Positions 1 through 10,499 of a DNA stretch of 57,671 nt are shown in pieces (the stretch's first letter is position 1; each line of letters opens with the position of its first letter). A program made the translations under genes and the position numbers. The DNA is from an uncultured bacterium (GTDB lineage: Bacteria; Bacillota_I; Bacilli_A; RF39; UBA660). Location of the stretch: assembly GCA_949284575.1 (NCBI GenBank), contig CASDWO010000026.1, positions 1 to 57,671 of the forward strand. Direction: 5' to 3'. The notes under the pieces are model-generated. The model ran no database searches, was not told where the DNA came from, and saw nothing but the letters and a program-made list of their open reading frames with translations.

Positions 1-1281
1 ATCATAAGTCTTGATAAAGCCCTACCTACAACAGATAAGACAGGAAAAACATTAGAAGATTATTTTGAGTTTACAGTAAGTGGTAATATAACAGGAGATG
101 CAAATATTAATTATGAGATATCAGCTAAAGAACAAGAAGGTAATACTTTTGATGGTAATAATGTTAAGTTATATTTAACAAGAGTAACAGATAATGGTGA
201 AGAAGAAGTAATGGCTCCTGAAATATATAATGAAGAAAGTAATGCTAACAGCTTTACAGGAAGACCAGCAGGCGAAATGAGTTTATATACATCAAGTATG
301 AATTCAAGTGAATCAAATACATATCGTTTAAGAATGTATGTAACAGAAGAATATAATCCTCAAGGTGATGGAGGTAATAAAACCTTTAGTGTCAAAGTAA
401 ATGTTTATGGGAGAGATGGAGAAATACCAACAGCAGTTGATACTTTACTAGCTAAAGTTAATGATGAGACTCTAGATTATAATACCGCAACAGAAGAACA
501 ACAAAAAGAAATGTGGACATTCTCTCATCCTTCCACAGAACAAACAGAAGCTTTAACAGATTATAGATATATAGGAAGTAATCCTAATAATTATGTAGAG
601 TTTAATAATGAATTATGGAGAATAATTGGAATATTTACAGTAGATGATGGAACAGGTAATGTAGAAGAAAGAGTTAAATTAATAAGAGATGAATCTATTG
701 GTGATTACTCATGGAATAATAATAGTTTCAGTGGTGATTGGGTAACTGCATCATTAAATAATTTTCTAAACTCAGGAGATTACTGGACAAATTCTTTAGA
801 TAGTAATGCCAAAAATATGGTAGATAATGTTGTATGGTATTTGGGTGGTAGTAGTACTTCTACTGATGTAACCCCATCAATGTTTTATGAAAGGGAAAGA
901 GGTACAGAAGTGTTTGCTGGTGATATAAGTTTTATAGGAAAAGTAGGCTTAATGTATCCTTCTGACTATGGCTATGCGACAAGTGGAGGAAGTACAACTG
1001 ATAGAAATAGTTGTTTAAATGAAGGTTTAGGTGCTGATGGTTGGAATAATGTAAGTGACTGTTACAATAATGATTGGATATTTAATCAAAATTTTCAATG
1101 GACTATTACTCCTAGGTCTAGTAATTCTAATCTAATATTTGATGTTGGTAGAAGTGGAAGTATCAGTGGTTTTGCTGTTAGTTTATCAAACAGTGTACGT
1201 CCTGTTGTTTTTCTAAAATCTACTATCAAGATCGTTGGTGGTGATGGGAGTGGTAGCAATTCATATGTATTGCAAAGTTAA
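1..1281 (+). CDS. 5'-truncated secreted/surface protein, C-terminal part
   Basis: Frame 1 is open from base 1 to the TAA at 1279-1281, so the track Met at 211 is internal. Composition is extracellular-type (S/T/N/G-rich). The tail ...SVRPVVFLKSTIKIVGG... is not assigned to a family with confidence. Confidence 0.55.
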   Translation: MISLDKALPTTDKTGKTLEDYFEFTVSGNITGDANINYEISAKEQEGNTFDGNNVKLYLTRVTDNGEEEVMAPEIYNEESNANSFTGRPAGEMSLYTSSMNSSESNTYRLRMYVTEEYNPQGDGGNKTFSVKVNVYGRDGEIPTAVDTLLAKVNDETLDYNTATEEQQKEMWTFSHPSTEQTEALTDYRYIGSNPNNYVEFNNELWRIIGIFTVDDGTGNVEERVKLIRDESIGDYSWNNNSFSGDWVTASLNNFLNSGDYWTNSLDSNAKNMVDNVVWYLGGSSTSTDVTPSMFYERERGTEVFAGDISFIGKVGLMYPSDYGYATSGGSTTDRNSCLNEGLGADGWNNVSDCYNNDWIFNQNFQWTITPRSSNSNLIFDVGRSGSISGFAVSLSNSVRPVVFLKSTIKIVGGDGSGSNSYVLQS

Positions 1282-1395
1282 TAATAAATTTATAGACATG
1301 GTTTTATGCCGTGTTTTTCTTAACTAATACTTTTAATTATTTTATCTTTATGTTAAAATTAAAGAGAATAAAAGGATTAAAGGAGCTGTGATGCT

Positions 1396-3819
1396 ATGTA
1401 TCCATTAGGTAAACAGTTTGAAATAGATGTTAGTAAAGCTAAGAGTGATCAAAAGTGTTTTTATAAAGGAAAACATTATCGTATTACAATGCTTAGTGAA
1501 AGATTAGTTAGACTTGAATATAGTCCAAGTGGTACTTTTGTTGATGTTCCTAGTCAGTTTGCTATTAACCGGTCTTTTTCATTTCCTGAATTTCAAGTTA
1601 AACAGGATTCTAAGTTCTTGGAGCTAACTACTAAATATTTTCGTCTTACATATGTTAAAGAAGCTCCATTTACAGGGACTAAAATAGATCCAATGAAAAA
1701 CTTGAAAATAACCTTATTTATGGGTGGTAGAGAAAATGATCGTGATTGGTATTATGGTCATCCTGAAGTCCGTAATTTAGGTGGTAATATGATCAGTGAA
1801 GATGTTAATACTCCTAAAATGCTTAAACATGGTCTTTATTCTCTTGAAGGTTTTGCTAGTATTGATGATAGTAATAGTCTTTTATTTAATACTGATGGAA
1901 CTTTAGAAAGTCGTGAAAAGGGAAGCGTTGATATTTATGTTTTTATGTATAAAGATGATTTTTCTTTGGCATTAAAAGATTACTTTAGATTAACAGGTAA
2001 TCCTGAACTTGTTCCTCGTTATGCTTTAGGTAATTGGTGGAGTCGTAATACTACTTATAGTGAAGACTCTGTAAAAGAAATAGTTGGTGACTTTGAAAGA
2101 CGTAATGTACCTTTAGCTGTTTTCTTATTAGATAAAGATTGGCATTATCGTAATGTTGGTAAAGCTAAAGATTTACATACAGGTTTTACTTTTAATAAAG
2201 AATTATTTCCTAATCCTAGTGAAGTTTCAAAGTTTTTACATGAACATAATATTAGATTAGGTCTTGAAATAGATCCTAGTCAAGGTTTATATCCTCATGA
2301 GGCTTATTATAATCAAGCTTGTTCTTATTTGGGAATTACTGATAATAAAATAATTGTTTTTGATCCTTTAAATCCTAAATTACTTGATGTTTATTTTAAA
2401 CTTTTTTTACATCCTTTAGAAGCTTTAGGAGTTGATTTCTTTTGGCATGATTATAAAGCTGATAATAATATTATTAAATTACTTGCCTATAATCATTATA
2501 ACTATAAAGATATTGGTCGTAATCCTGCTAAGCGTAGTATTATGTTAAGTCGTAATGGTATATATGCAGCTCATAGATATCCTATTCTATATGCTGGAGA
2601 AACTGAAGTATCTTGGGATGGATTAAAAGAAATATCTTCTAGTATGATGGCTGCTGCTAATATAGGGGTATCTTTTTGGTCACATGATGTAGGAGGGAAT
2701 CATGGGGGAATTGAGATGAGTGAACTTTATATTAGATATGTTGAACTAGGTACTTTTAGTCCAATTCTTAGATTTCATGCAGCACGGGGTAATTATTATA
2801 AAAGAGAACCTTGGAGATGGGATATTAAGACAGAGACTATTGTTAATGATTATTTAAGATTAAGACATAGATTGATTCCTTATTTATATACAGAGAGTTA
2901 TAACTATTATAAGGATGCTAAAGTTTTGATTGAACCTTTCTATTATAAATATAAATGGGTAATAGATGATAATAATTATAAATATCAATACTTTTTAGGT
3001 AGTGAATTCCTTGTTTGTCCTATCTTAACTAGAAAAGATAATATTATGAATAGGACAATTCATCGTTTTTATATTCCTGATGGAGTTTGGTATGATTTTA
3101 AAACAGGTAAGAAGTTTCCTGGTAATAAAAAATATGTTTCTTTCTATAAAGAAGAGGATTATCCTGTCTTTGCTAAAGCAGGTTCTATTATTCCTTTATC
3201 AAATAGAAGTGATGTTAATAATGTAGGACTTCCTTTGGATTTAGAAATTCATATTTTCCCTGGAGTTTCTAATACTTATACTCTTTATGAAGATGATGGT
3301 ATTACTTCATTATATAAAGATGGTTATTACTTAAAGACGGATATTGATTATAATTACTTACAAAATAATTATACTGTTATTATTAGATCTGTTGAAGGTA
3401 AGAGTGGAATTGTACCGATTAGACGTAATTATAAATTTAGATTTAGAAATACGAAGAAGGCAACAGATGTAAAAGCTTATTATAATGAAACAGAAATTAA
3501 GATAGAAGATATGTATATAGAAGAGAATGACTTTGTTGTTTTAGTTAACAATGTTAATACAATTGGCCAGTTAACGATTAATTGTAAGGGTAAAGATATT
3601 GAAATAGATGCAGTTAGACTTATTAATGAAGATATTGATAGTATTTTAATGGATCTACAAATTAGTACTTATATTAAAGAAAAACTTGCTAATGTTGCTT
3701 TTTCTGATATGTCTATTAAGAAAAAAAGAATTGCTATTAGAAAATTAAGAAAAGATGGTTTATCTAAAGAACATATGAAGTTATTCTTAAAACTTATGGA
3801 ATATATAGAGAGTGTATAA
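1396..3819 (+). CDS. glycoside hydrolase family 31 (alpha-glucosidase/alpha-xylosidase-like)
   Basis: 807 aa. GH31-type motifs are GVDFFWHDY and FWSHDVGG (HDxGG acid/base region). Length and beta-sandwich C-terminus are typical. RBS aaaggag lies upstream. Confidence 0.8.
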   Translation: MYPLGKQFEIDVSKAKSDQKCFYKGKHYRITMLSERLVRLEYSPSGTFVDVPSQFAINRSFSFPEFQVKQDSKFLELTTKYFRLTYVKEAPFTGTKIDPMKNLKITLFMGGRENDRDWYYGHPEVRNLGGNMISEDVNTPKMLKHGLYSLEGFASIDDSNSLLFNTDGTLESREKGSVDIYVFMYKDDFSLALKDYFRLTGNPELVPRYALGNWWSRNTTYSEDSVKEIVGDFERRNVPLAVFLLDKDWHYRNVGKAKDLHTGFTFNKELFPNPSEVSKFLHEHNIRLGLEIDPSQGLYPHEAYYNQACSYLGITDNKIIVFDPLNPKLLDVYFKLFLHPLEALGVDFFWHDYKADNNIIKLLAYNHYNYKDIGRNPAKRSIMLSRNGIYAAHRYPILYAGETEVSWDGLKEISSSMMAAANIGVSFWSHDVGGNHGGIEMSELYIRYVELGTFSPILRFHAARGNYYKREPWRWDIKTETIVNDYLRLRHRLIPYLYTESYNYYKDAKVLIEPFYYKYKWVIDDNNYKYQYFLGSEFLVCPILTRKDNIMNRTIHRFYIPDGVWYDFKTGKKFPGNKKYVSFYKEEDYPVFAKAGSIIPLSNRSDVNNVGLPLDLEIHIFPGVSNTYTLYEDDGITSLYKDGYYLKTDIDYNYLQNNYTVIIRSVEGKSGIVPIRRNYKFRFRNTKKATDVKAYYNETEIKIEDMYIEENDFVVLVNNVNTIGQLTINCKGKDIEIDAVRLINEDIDSILMDLQISTYIKEKLANVAFSDMSIKKKRIAIRKLRKDGLSKEHMKLFLKLMEYIESV

Positions 3820-3843
3820 AAGAGAACTGGTATTCTCTTTTTC
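3820..3843 (+). terminator. intrinsic terminator after GH31 gene
   Basis: Stem aagagaa/ttctctt with loop ctggta, followed by a T-run. Confidence 0.6.
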
Positions 3844-3881
3844 TCTGTGATAAAATAGATTTAAGGAGTGAGGTGGTTTAG

Positions 3882-4640
3882 TTGAAAGCAATGGTAACTG
3901 GAGCAAGTAGAGGTATTGGTCGTGATATAGCTTTAAATCTTGCTAAGTTAGGTTATGATTTAATTCTTGTAGGAAGAGATAAAGAGGCTTTAGAAGAAGT
4001 AAAGTCTACTATAAATAATAAAGTTAGAATTAAGATAATTGTAGTTGATCTTTCTAATTTACAAAAAGTTAAAGAGCTTTATGTTTTAACGAAAAATGAT
4101 GATATTGATATACTTGTTAATAATGCTGGGTTTGGAATATTTGGAGAGTTTAGTGAGATTGATATAAATGAAGAACTTAATATGTTAGATGTAAATATTA
4201 GAGCACTTGATATGTTATGTAAATTCTTTTTAAAAGATATGGTAAAGAAAGATAGAGGAATTATTTTAAATGTTTCTTCAAGTGCAGCTTTTATGGCGGG
4301 ACCTTTAATGAGTAGTTATTATGCTACTAAGAGTTATGTATATAGCCTTAGTTTAGCTTTAAATGAAGAACTTAGAAGACGTAAGAGTAAAGTACAAATT
4401 TCTTTATTATGTCCTGGTCCTGTTGATACTAACTTTAATGATAGAGCAGGGGTTACTTTTAGAGTTAAAGCACTTAGTAGTAGTTATGTAGCAGATTATA
4501 CTATTAAAAAGATGTTTAAAGGAAAAACAATAATTATTCCAGGCTTTAAGATGAAGTTTGTTAAGTTTATAGTTAGATTTTTACCGGATAAGTTTGTAGC
4601 TCGTATTAATTATAATATTCAAAAGAAGAAGGTAAAATAA
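3882..4640 (+). CDS. short-chain dehydrogenase/reductase (SDR) family oxidoreductase
   Basis: TGASRGIG NAD(P)-binding motif, NNAG, and the S...YxxxK triad (YYATKSY). TTG start follows ggagtgagg. Confidence 0.85.
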   Translation: MKAMVTGASRGIGRDIALNLAKLGYDLILVGRDKEALEEVKSTINNKVRIKIIVVDLSNLQKVKELYVLTKNDDIDILVNNAGFGIFGEFSEIDINEELNMLDVNIRALDMLCKFFLKDMVKKDRGIILNVSSSAAFMAGPLMSSYYATKSYVYSLSLALNEELRRRKSKVQISLLCPGPVDTNFNDRAGVTFRVKALSSSYVADYTIKKMFKGKTIIIPGFKMKFVKFIVRFLPDKFVARINYNIQKKKVK

Positions 4641-5407
4641 TGGATAATGTAGTAGTTGTTCAAAATTTAAATATAGGTCCTTTTAAAAAGTTTAACTTTG
4701 AAGTTTTACTTAATTCCTTAGTTATTATTACAGGATCTAATAAAAGTGGGAAAAGTTTATTACTTAAAGTAATGGCTGGTATTATTAATAAAAAAGGTAT
4801 AACTTATAATAAAGAGGTAATTTCTAGTGATAAAGATATTGCTTATTTTTATAATACTTCTTTTAACTTTGAAACAGTCTTAGAGACACTTAGATATCCT
4901 TTAGAACGTTTAGAATTAGATGATGAAGCGATTATGAAGTCAGTTAAAGATATGGCTAAGATGTTAAAAATAACAAAAATACTTAATAGTAAAATAGAAG
5001 ATTTAAATAATTATGAAAAAGTTAAAGTTATGTTAGGTAGTCATCTTATTAGTAAACCTAAATTATTACTTTTGGATGATCCTTGTCTTTATTTATCACC
5101 TTTAGAAAAAGAAGATTTTATGAGTATTATTGAACAATTAAGATTTATGGGTATTACGATAGTTCTTGCTTGTTCTAGTTTAGAAGAAGTTATTTATACT
5201 CTCAATAGTACTTTATATGTTCTTAATAATGGAGATATTGTTAGTAGTGGAGATATGTTAACTGTTTTAAGTAATGATAGCCTTATAAATAAAGTAGGGT
5301 TAGAGCTTCCTTTTATGGTAGATTTATCTGTAAAATTAGAGTATTATAATCTTGTTTCTAATATTAATATGAATCCTTTAGGATTAGTGGAGCATTTATG
5401 GAAATAA
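4640..5407 (+). CDS. ABC-type ATPase, ECF-transporter EcfA-like, partly degenerate
   Basis: Walker A GSNKSGKS is intact. Walker B is LLLLDDP (Asp in place of the catalytic Glu). The signature motif LSGGQ is not recognisable. Position upstream of truA matches ecfA1-ecfA2-(ecfT)-truA synteny. Confidence 0.65.
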   Translation: MDNVVVVQNLNIGPFKKFNFEVLLNSLVIITGSNKSGKSLLLKVMAGIINKKGITYNKEVISSDKDIAYFYNTSFNFETVLETLRYPLERLELDDEAIMKSVKDMAKMLKITKILNSKIEDLNNYEKVKVMLGSHLISKPKLLLLDDPCLYLSPLEKEDFMSIIEQLRFMGITIVLACSSLEEVIYTLNSTLYVLNNGDIVSSGDMLTVLSNDSLINKVGLELPFMVDLSVKLEYYNLVSNINMNPLGLVEHLWK

Positions 5408-6201
5408 AATTTTCTCATGTTAATAGTAAAGATTTTACAGATATATCTTTTGTTATACCTAAAGGAGAGATTACAGGAATATATGGGGAAGATGGAGATA
5501 AATTATTGAAGTTAATATCTTTAAAAGCAAATGAAGATATGAAGGGAATAATTTATTTTGATAAGAAAAGAAAGCTTAGAAGTAATTATTATTTGTTTAA
5601 GAATGATATTGTCTTAGTAGAAGCTTTATTTAATAATTTATTTAATGTAGATAATGTTTATGAGTATTTTGTATTATATATTAGAGATAAGAAAATAGAA
5701 GTTAAAGATAATTTAGAAAAGATTAAAGGGGCATTAAAGATAGTAGGACTTGATGATGATATTTTAGATAGACGTATTTCTACTTTGTCTTTTAGTGAAC
5801 TTAAACTCTTTCAGTTTGCTCTTGCTTTTTTATCTAATCCTAAAGTAATATTATTAGATGAACCTTTTAGAGGACTTGATTTAAGTAAAGAGAAAAAGTT
5901 AGTAAGAATTATTAATAGATTACAAGAAAAGTTTTTAAAGACAATAGTTATTTATAGTAATAATCCTAATTATTTATATAAATATACTAATTATTTAATA
6001 GTACTTTATAAAAATAAGGTTTTAGCGCTTGGTAATACTAGTGATGTTTTCTTTGATAATAAGGAACTTACTTTATATAAGATAAAAAAACCTGATATTG
6101 TAGAGTTTATTTTATTAGTAGAAGAAAAGAAAAAAGTTAAGTTACCTAGGAGAAAGAGTGTTATGGATCTTATTAAAGATATTTATTGGAATGTGAAGTG
6201 A
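5398..6201 (+). CDS. ABC-type ATPase-like protein, EcfA2 position, degenerate Walker A
   Basis: The P-loop position reads GIYGEDGDKLLKL, with no GK[ST]. The signature reads LSFSE. Walker B ILLDEP is retained. It overlaps the previous gene by 10 nt. Confidence 0.6.
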   Translation: MEIKFSHVNSKDFTDISFVIPKGEITGIYGEDGDKLLKLISLKANEDMKGIIYFDKKRKLRSNYYLFKNDIVLVEALFNNLFNVDNVYEYFVLYIRDKKIEVKDNLEKIKGALKIVGLDDDILDRRISTLSFSELKLFQFALAFLSNPKVILLDEPFRGLDLSKEKKLVRIINRLQEKFLKTIVIYSNNPNYLYKYTNYLIVLYKNKVLALGNTSDVFFDNKELTLYKIKKPDIVEFILLVEEKKKVKLPRRKSVMDLIKDIYWNVK

Positions 6202-6205
6202 TAAT

Positions 6206-6949
6206 ATGCGGTTTTTAATTAGATTTAGTTATGATGGAAGTAATTTTAAAGGATATCAGAGACAAGATGGGTATAGGACTATTCAAGAGGAGTTAGAAAA
6301 TGCTGCTACTAAAATAAATAATGGAAACTTTGTAAAAGTAGTGGCAGCAGGAAGAACTGATAAAGGTGTTCATGCTCTTGATCAAGTAGCACATTTAGAT
6401 TTAGATGTTGCTATTACGCCTTATAAGTTAAAAAGAGCTTTAAACAGTAATTTATCAGATGAAATTCATATAAATTCTGTTAAGGAAGTTACAAATGATT
6501 ATTTTACGAGGTATTTTGTCTTAAGAAAAGAATATCATTATTATATAAATATGGGGGAATTTAATCCAATAATGCGGAATTACATTTATCAACATTGTTA
6601 TCCTCTTAAAGTTGAAAAAATGGAGGATGCTATACAATATTTTGAAGGTGAACATGACTTTAGAGCATTTGTAACGGAAAATAATGTTAAAGAAAATTGT
6701 GTTAGAACTATTTATGAAGCTTCTATTAAGAGAACTGGTGATATTTTAGATATTAAATTTGTAGGTAGTGGTTTTTTAAGATATCAAGTTAGAAATATGG
6801 TAGGGGCTTTACTTAAAGTGGGAACTGGTAAGATAGAAGCTTATGATGTTAAAGAAATATTAGATAGTAAAGTAAGAGGTAAGAATGGGGCGACAGCGAA
6901 GTCTTGTGGTCTTTATCTTGTCAAAACGACTTTGAAAGGTGATTTATGA
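6206..6949 (+). CDS. truA: tRNA pseudouridine(38-40) synthase TruA
   Basis: YDGSxFxGYQRQ N-terminus, catalytic GRTDKGVHA, and FLRYQVRNMVG near the C-terminus. Confidence 0.92.
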   Translation: MRFLIRFSYDGSNFKGYQRQDGYRTIQEELENAATKINNGNFVKVVAAGRTDKGVHALDQVAHLDLDVAITPYKLKRALNSNLSDEIHINSVKEVTNDYFTRYFVLRKEYHYYINMGEFNPIMRNYIYQHCYPLKVEKMEDAIQYFEGEHDFRAFVTENNVKENCVRTIYEASIKRTGDILDIKFVGSGFLRYQVRNMVGALLKVGTGKIEAYDVKEILDSKVRGKNGATAKSCGLYLVKTTLKGDL

Positions 6950-7680
6950 TTGGAGTATTTGATTCAGGAATTGGAGGAGTTAGTGTTTTACGAGAAATAG
7001 TTAAACTAATTCCTAAAGGACATTTTATATATTATAGTGATTCAGTTAATAATCCTTATGGTGATAAGACTTATGAAGAAGTTTATAGTATTGTTAAAGG
7101 TATAGTTAATTATTTTTTGGAAAGAGAATGTGTTGCGATAGTAATTGCTTGTAATACTGCTAGTGCTATATGTGTTAAGAGGTTAAGAAGTGAGTATCCT
7201 AATACATTATTTATTGCAATTGAACCTACTTATAAGATGGTTCATGATTATAATCCTTTAGGCAAGACATTAGTAATGGCTACTAAAGGAACACTTAAAA
7301 GTGAAAAGTTTTTAGCATTATATCATAAATATGATAACGGTAAGACAATATTACTTCCTTGTAGTGGGCTTGCAGATCTTATTGAAGATGGTAATGATGT
7401 AAAAATAAGGAGATATTTAGAGGATAATATTAAACAGTATAGAGGTATTAATAATGTTGTTTTAGGATGTACGCATTATCCTTTAATTAAAGATAATATT
7501 AAAGAAGTGTTAGGAAATGTTAAGTTTTTTGATGGTTCTATTGGTGTTAGTAAAGAGCTTGTGAGACAGTTAAAATTAAGAAATATTGCTTATCAATTTG
7601 AAGAGTTAAAAATTATCTTTTATGATTCAAGTGATGATATAAAGAAAAAAGAAAGATTTAATCAGTTAATGAGAAATTAA
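6946..7680 (+). CDS. murI: glutamate racemase
   Basis: GVFDSGIGG, the ACNTAS cysteine motif and the GCTHYP second catalytic Cys motif. 4-nt overlap with truA. Confidence 0.92.
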   Translation: MIGVFDSGIGGVSVLREIVKLIPKGHFIYYSDSVNNPYGDKTYEEVYSIVKGIVNYFLERECVAIVIACNTASAICVKRLRSEYPNTLFIAIEPTYKMVHDYNPLGKTLVMATKGTLKSEKFLALYHKYDNGKTILLPCSGLADLIEDGNDVKIRRYLEDNIKQYRGINNVVLGCTHYPLIKDNIKEVLGNVKFFDGSIGVSKELVRQLKLRNIAYQFEELKIIFYDSSDDIKKKERFNQLMRN

Positions 7681-7707
7681 TAAATTAAAAATTAATAATT
7701 TAGAGGT

Positions 7708-7736
7708 TTGACTTATAATTTATTTTTTGATATAGT
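7708..7736 (+). promoter_or_regulatory. sigma-A type promoter of the tyrS leader
   Basis: TTGACT (7708-7713), 17-nt spacer, TATAGT (7731-7736). Confidence 0.6.
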
Positions 7737-7744
7737 TTAAATAG

Positions 7745-7960
7745 ATTTTCGATGAAGTCTAAAAGTAGAAATATAATTTTTTAAAGAGACTTAGTGGAAG
7801 GTGTGAACTAAGAGGGTTATATTTTGAAGTTACATAGAGGGAGAAAAACGTGACTTAAGCGTTAATTAGAATAAAGTGCATAGTTTCTAGGGATAAGGAT
7901 GGATACAGTGGTTTACCACGGGTTAGCTCGTCCTTAGTTTGTAGAGACTTTTTAATTTTT
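7745..7960 (+). promoter_or_regulatory. T-box leader (tyrosine specifier) controlling tyrS
   Basis: Located between the promoter and tyrS. A UAC codon followed by A lies in a specifier-loop-like context (7831-7834, gaagtTACAtag). The T-box-like sequence acagtggtttaccacgggt (7905-7923) resembles consensus ...GGUGGUACCGCG. Stem taagga(t)gg / c(t)cgtcctta lies downstream. Confidence 0.8.
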
Positions 7961-7972
7961 AGGAGGGATAAA

Positions 7973-9217
7973 ATGACATTATTTGAAGAATTAAAATGGA
8001 GAGGATTAATTAAAGATGTGGCAGGTGAAGATTTAGAGAAGCTTCTTAATGGGAAACCTATTACTTTTTATTGGGGAACTGATCCTACTGCTGATAGCTT
8101 ACATTTAGGACATTATTCATCACTTGTTACTGCTAAACGTCTTGCAAAGGTAGGACATCATCCTATTCTTTTAGTAGGGGGAGCGACTGGTCTTATTGGG
8201 GATCCTCGTCCTACAACGGAAAGAGAAATTATATCTAAAGAACAACTTAATAAGAATTTAGAGGGAATTAAAAAACAAGTTAGTGATATATTTGAAGGTA
8301 AAGCAGAAGTTGTTAATAATTATGATTGGTTTAAAGGATATGAATTTACTGACTTTTTAAGAGATGTTGGTAAATATATAAACATTAACTATATGCTTGA
8401 TAAAGATATTATTAGAAGAAGGTTAGAGACTGGTATTACTTTTGCAGAGTTTGCTTATACTTTAATTCAAGGTTATGACTTTTTATGGTTATATCAAAAT
8501 AAAAATTGTGTGTTACAAGCTGAAGGAAGTGATCAGTGGGGAAATATTACAACAGGAATTGATTTAATTCGTAAGAAACTTGGAAAAGAAGCTTATGGAT
8601 TTACGATGCCTTTAGTACTTGATAAATATGGTCATAAATTTGGGAAAAGTGAAGGTAATGCTTTATGGTTAGATAGAAATAAGACATCTAGTTATGAATT
8701 ATATCAATATTTAATTAATGTAGATGATGAGATGGTAATTAGTTACCTTAAGATCTTTACTTTCTTAAGTGTAGAAGAAATTTTAGAATTAGAGAAATCT
8801 AATAAGGAACATCCTGAACTAAGAGAAGCTCATAAGGCTTTAGCTAGATGTATTATTACAGATTTACATGGAGATAATGCTTATAAGGAAGCAGTTAAGA
8901 TAAGTGAGTCTTTGTTTAGTGGTAATATTAAGAATCTTACTAGTAAAGAGATAGAAATGGCTTTTAAAGGACTTGATAAAATTATTATAGATAGCGATAT
9001 GAATATAGTGGATTTTCTTGTTAATACAAGTATTTGTAGTAGTAAAAGAGAAGCGAGAGAGTTTGTTAATAATAATAGTATTAGTATTAATGGAGAGAAG
9101 ATTAATGACTTAGAGTTTACTATTAATAAAGATATTGCTATAGATAATAAATATGTAGTGGTTAGACGTGGTAAAAAGAAATACTTTATTGCTTGTTTTG
9201 GAGGTAGTAATGAGTAA
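7973..9217 (+). CDS. tyrS: tyrosine--tRNA ligase
   Basis: Class I HIGH (HLGH) and KMSKS-like (KFGKS) motifs, plus a C-terminal S4-like domain. 414 aa. Confidence 0.95.
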   Translation: MTLFEELKWRGLIKDVAGEDLEKLLNGKPITFYWGTDPTADSLHLGHYSSLVTAKRLAKVGHHPILLVGGATGLIGDPRPTTEREIISKEQLNKNLEGIKKQVSDIFEGKAEVVNNYDWFKGYEFTDFLRDVGKYININYMLDKDIIRRRLETGITFAEFAYTLIQGYDFLWLYQNKNCVLQAEGSDQWGNITTGIDLIRKKLGKEAYGFTMPLVLDKYGHKFGKSEGNALWLDRNKTSSYELYQYLINVDDEMVISYLKIFTFLSVEEILELEKSNKEHPELREAHKALARCIITDLHGDNAYKEAVKISESLFSGNIKNLTSKEIEMAFKGLDKIIIDSDMNIVDFLVNTSICSSKREAREFVNNNSISINGEKINDLEFTINKDIAIDNKYVVVRRGKKKYFIACFGGSNE

Positions 9218-10499
9218 AGAAAAAAGAAAGCTCAGTAAGGATCAACAACGTATTTTTAAATGGCTTAAAGTTATTATTTTGATATGTATTGCTATTATTG
9301 TTTTAGAAGTTATATATATTATTTTTGGTATTTATAATAGAAATAATAATGTTCAAGGTATAGATACGCTTAATAGTTTTAAAGAAGTTTCTAGTGGTTA
9401 TATTGTTGCAGGGAATAGTAATTTTAAAGATAGTAAGTTTAATTCTTATCAAGATGAAACTAAAGCTAAGTTTGCTAAATTGACAAGTGACTTTAAAGTA
9501 GAATTTGAAAGTGCCTATACTAAAGGATATCAATCATATTTTAATGATGTTATAGAATATAGTGATGGTTTTATTGCTGTAGGTGGGGGAGCATTTAGTG
9601 AAGAACAAGTTAATGATAATGCTACTGATGGTTTAATTGTTTTGTATGATAAAAATGGTAAAGAAAAAGATGTTAAGAGAGTACAAGTAGCAGGAGATAC
9701 AACACTAAATAAAGTATTACTTTTAGATGATGGTTTTATTGTCATTGGTCAAAGTATTTTACAAAATATGGTTATTGGTAATGATCCTAATGGGGGAGCT
9801 TTAATGATTAAATATAATTTTGATCTTGAAGAAGAGTGGCGTACTAATTATGGAGGTAGTAAATCAGCGATCTTTAATGATGCTATTATAAGTGATGATT
9901 ATATTTATGTAGTTGGTAAAGATGCGACAAGATATGGTTTAATTGCTAAATATACTTTAGCGGGTGAAAGATTATGGGCTAAGAGTTATGAATATACTGA
10001 TACAGTTGGTTTTAGTTCAATTGTTAAAGTCGGTGATTATTTCTTTGTTGCAAGTTCTAAAACTACTAATATAGATGCTAGTGATGCTGATAAAATTACA
10101 GAGGCTTTAATATTAAAATATAGTGAAGATGGAAAATTAGTTGATGAAGTAGTCTTAAGTAAAAATAATAATGCTAGGTTTAATAAAATCATTAGTAGTG
10201 GTAATAATTTAATTGCGATTGGTCATACCTATAAAATTGATGAAGAAAAATCTACAAGTACATATAATTACTTAGTGTATAGTGGCCTTATCGCTAAATA
10301 TGATGAAAATTTAAAAGAGTTAAAGACAAAAGTAGAAAAAGGCTCTGGTAATAATTATTTTAGTGATATTTTAGTAAGTGATGATGGTTATTTATTAGGA
10401 GGTGCTACTTCTTCTAAAGAGTTAGGTAGTAATGATAGAGATTATCGAACTTTTTTCCTAAAATATAATCAAAATTTACAGAAGGAATGGTATAAGTGA
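9210..10499 (+). CDS. membrane-anchored protein with repeated beta-propeller-like blades
   Basis: The preferred start is ATG 9210 after ggagg, overlapping the tyrS stop; the track GTG at 9168 lies inside tyrS. There is one N-terminal TM. Seven to eight ~45-aa repeats each end in a hydrophobic-Gly motif (GYIVAGN, DGFIAVGG, DGFIVIGQ, DYIYVVGK, GDYFFVASS, NNLIAIGH, DGYLLGGA). Confidence 0.7.
   Translation: MSKEKRKLSKDQQRIFKWLKVIILICIAIIVLEVIYIIFGIYNRNNNVQGIDTLNSFKEVSSGYIVAGNSNFKDSKFNSYQDETKAKFAKLTSDFKVEFESAYTKGYQSYFNDVIEYSDGFIAVGGGAFSEEQVNDNATDGLIVLYDKNGKEKDVKRVQVAGDTTLNKVLLLDDGFIVIGQSILQNMVIGNDPNGGALMIKYNFDLEEEWRTNYGGSKSAIFNDAIISDDYIYVVGKDATRYGLIAKYTLAGERLWAKSYEYTDTVGFSSIVKVGDYFFVASSKTTNIDASDADKITEALILKYSEDGKLVDEVVLSKNNNARFNKIISSGNNLIAIGHTYKIDEEKSTSTYNYLVYSGLIAKYDENLKELKTKVEKGSGNNYFSDILVSDDGYLLGGATSSKELGSNDRDYRTFFLKYNQNLQKEWYK

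Noticed and set aside
9303-9745. Two minus-strand ORFs (76 and 71 aa)
   Set aside because: They are antisense to the well-supported membrane/beta-propeller-like gene and have no start context.
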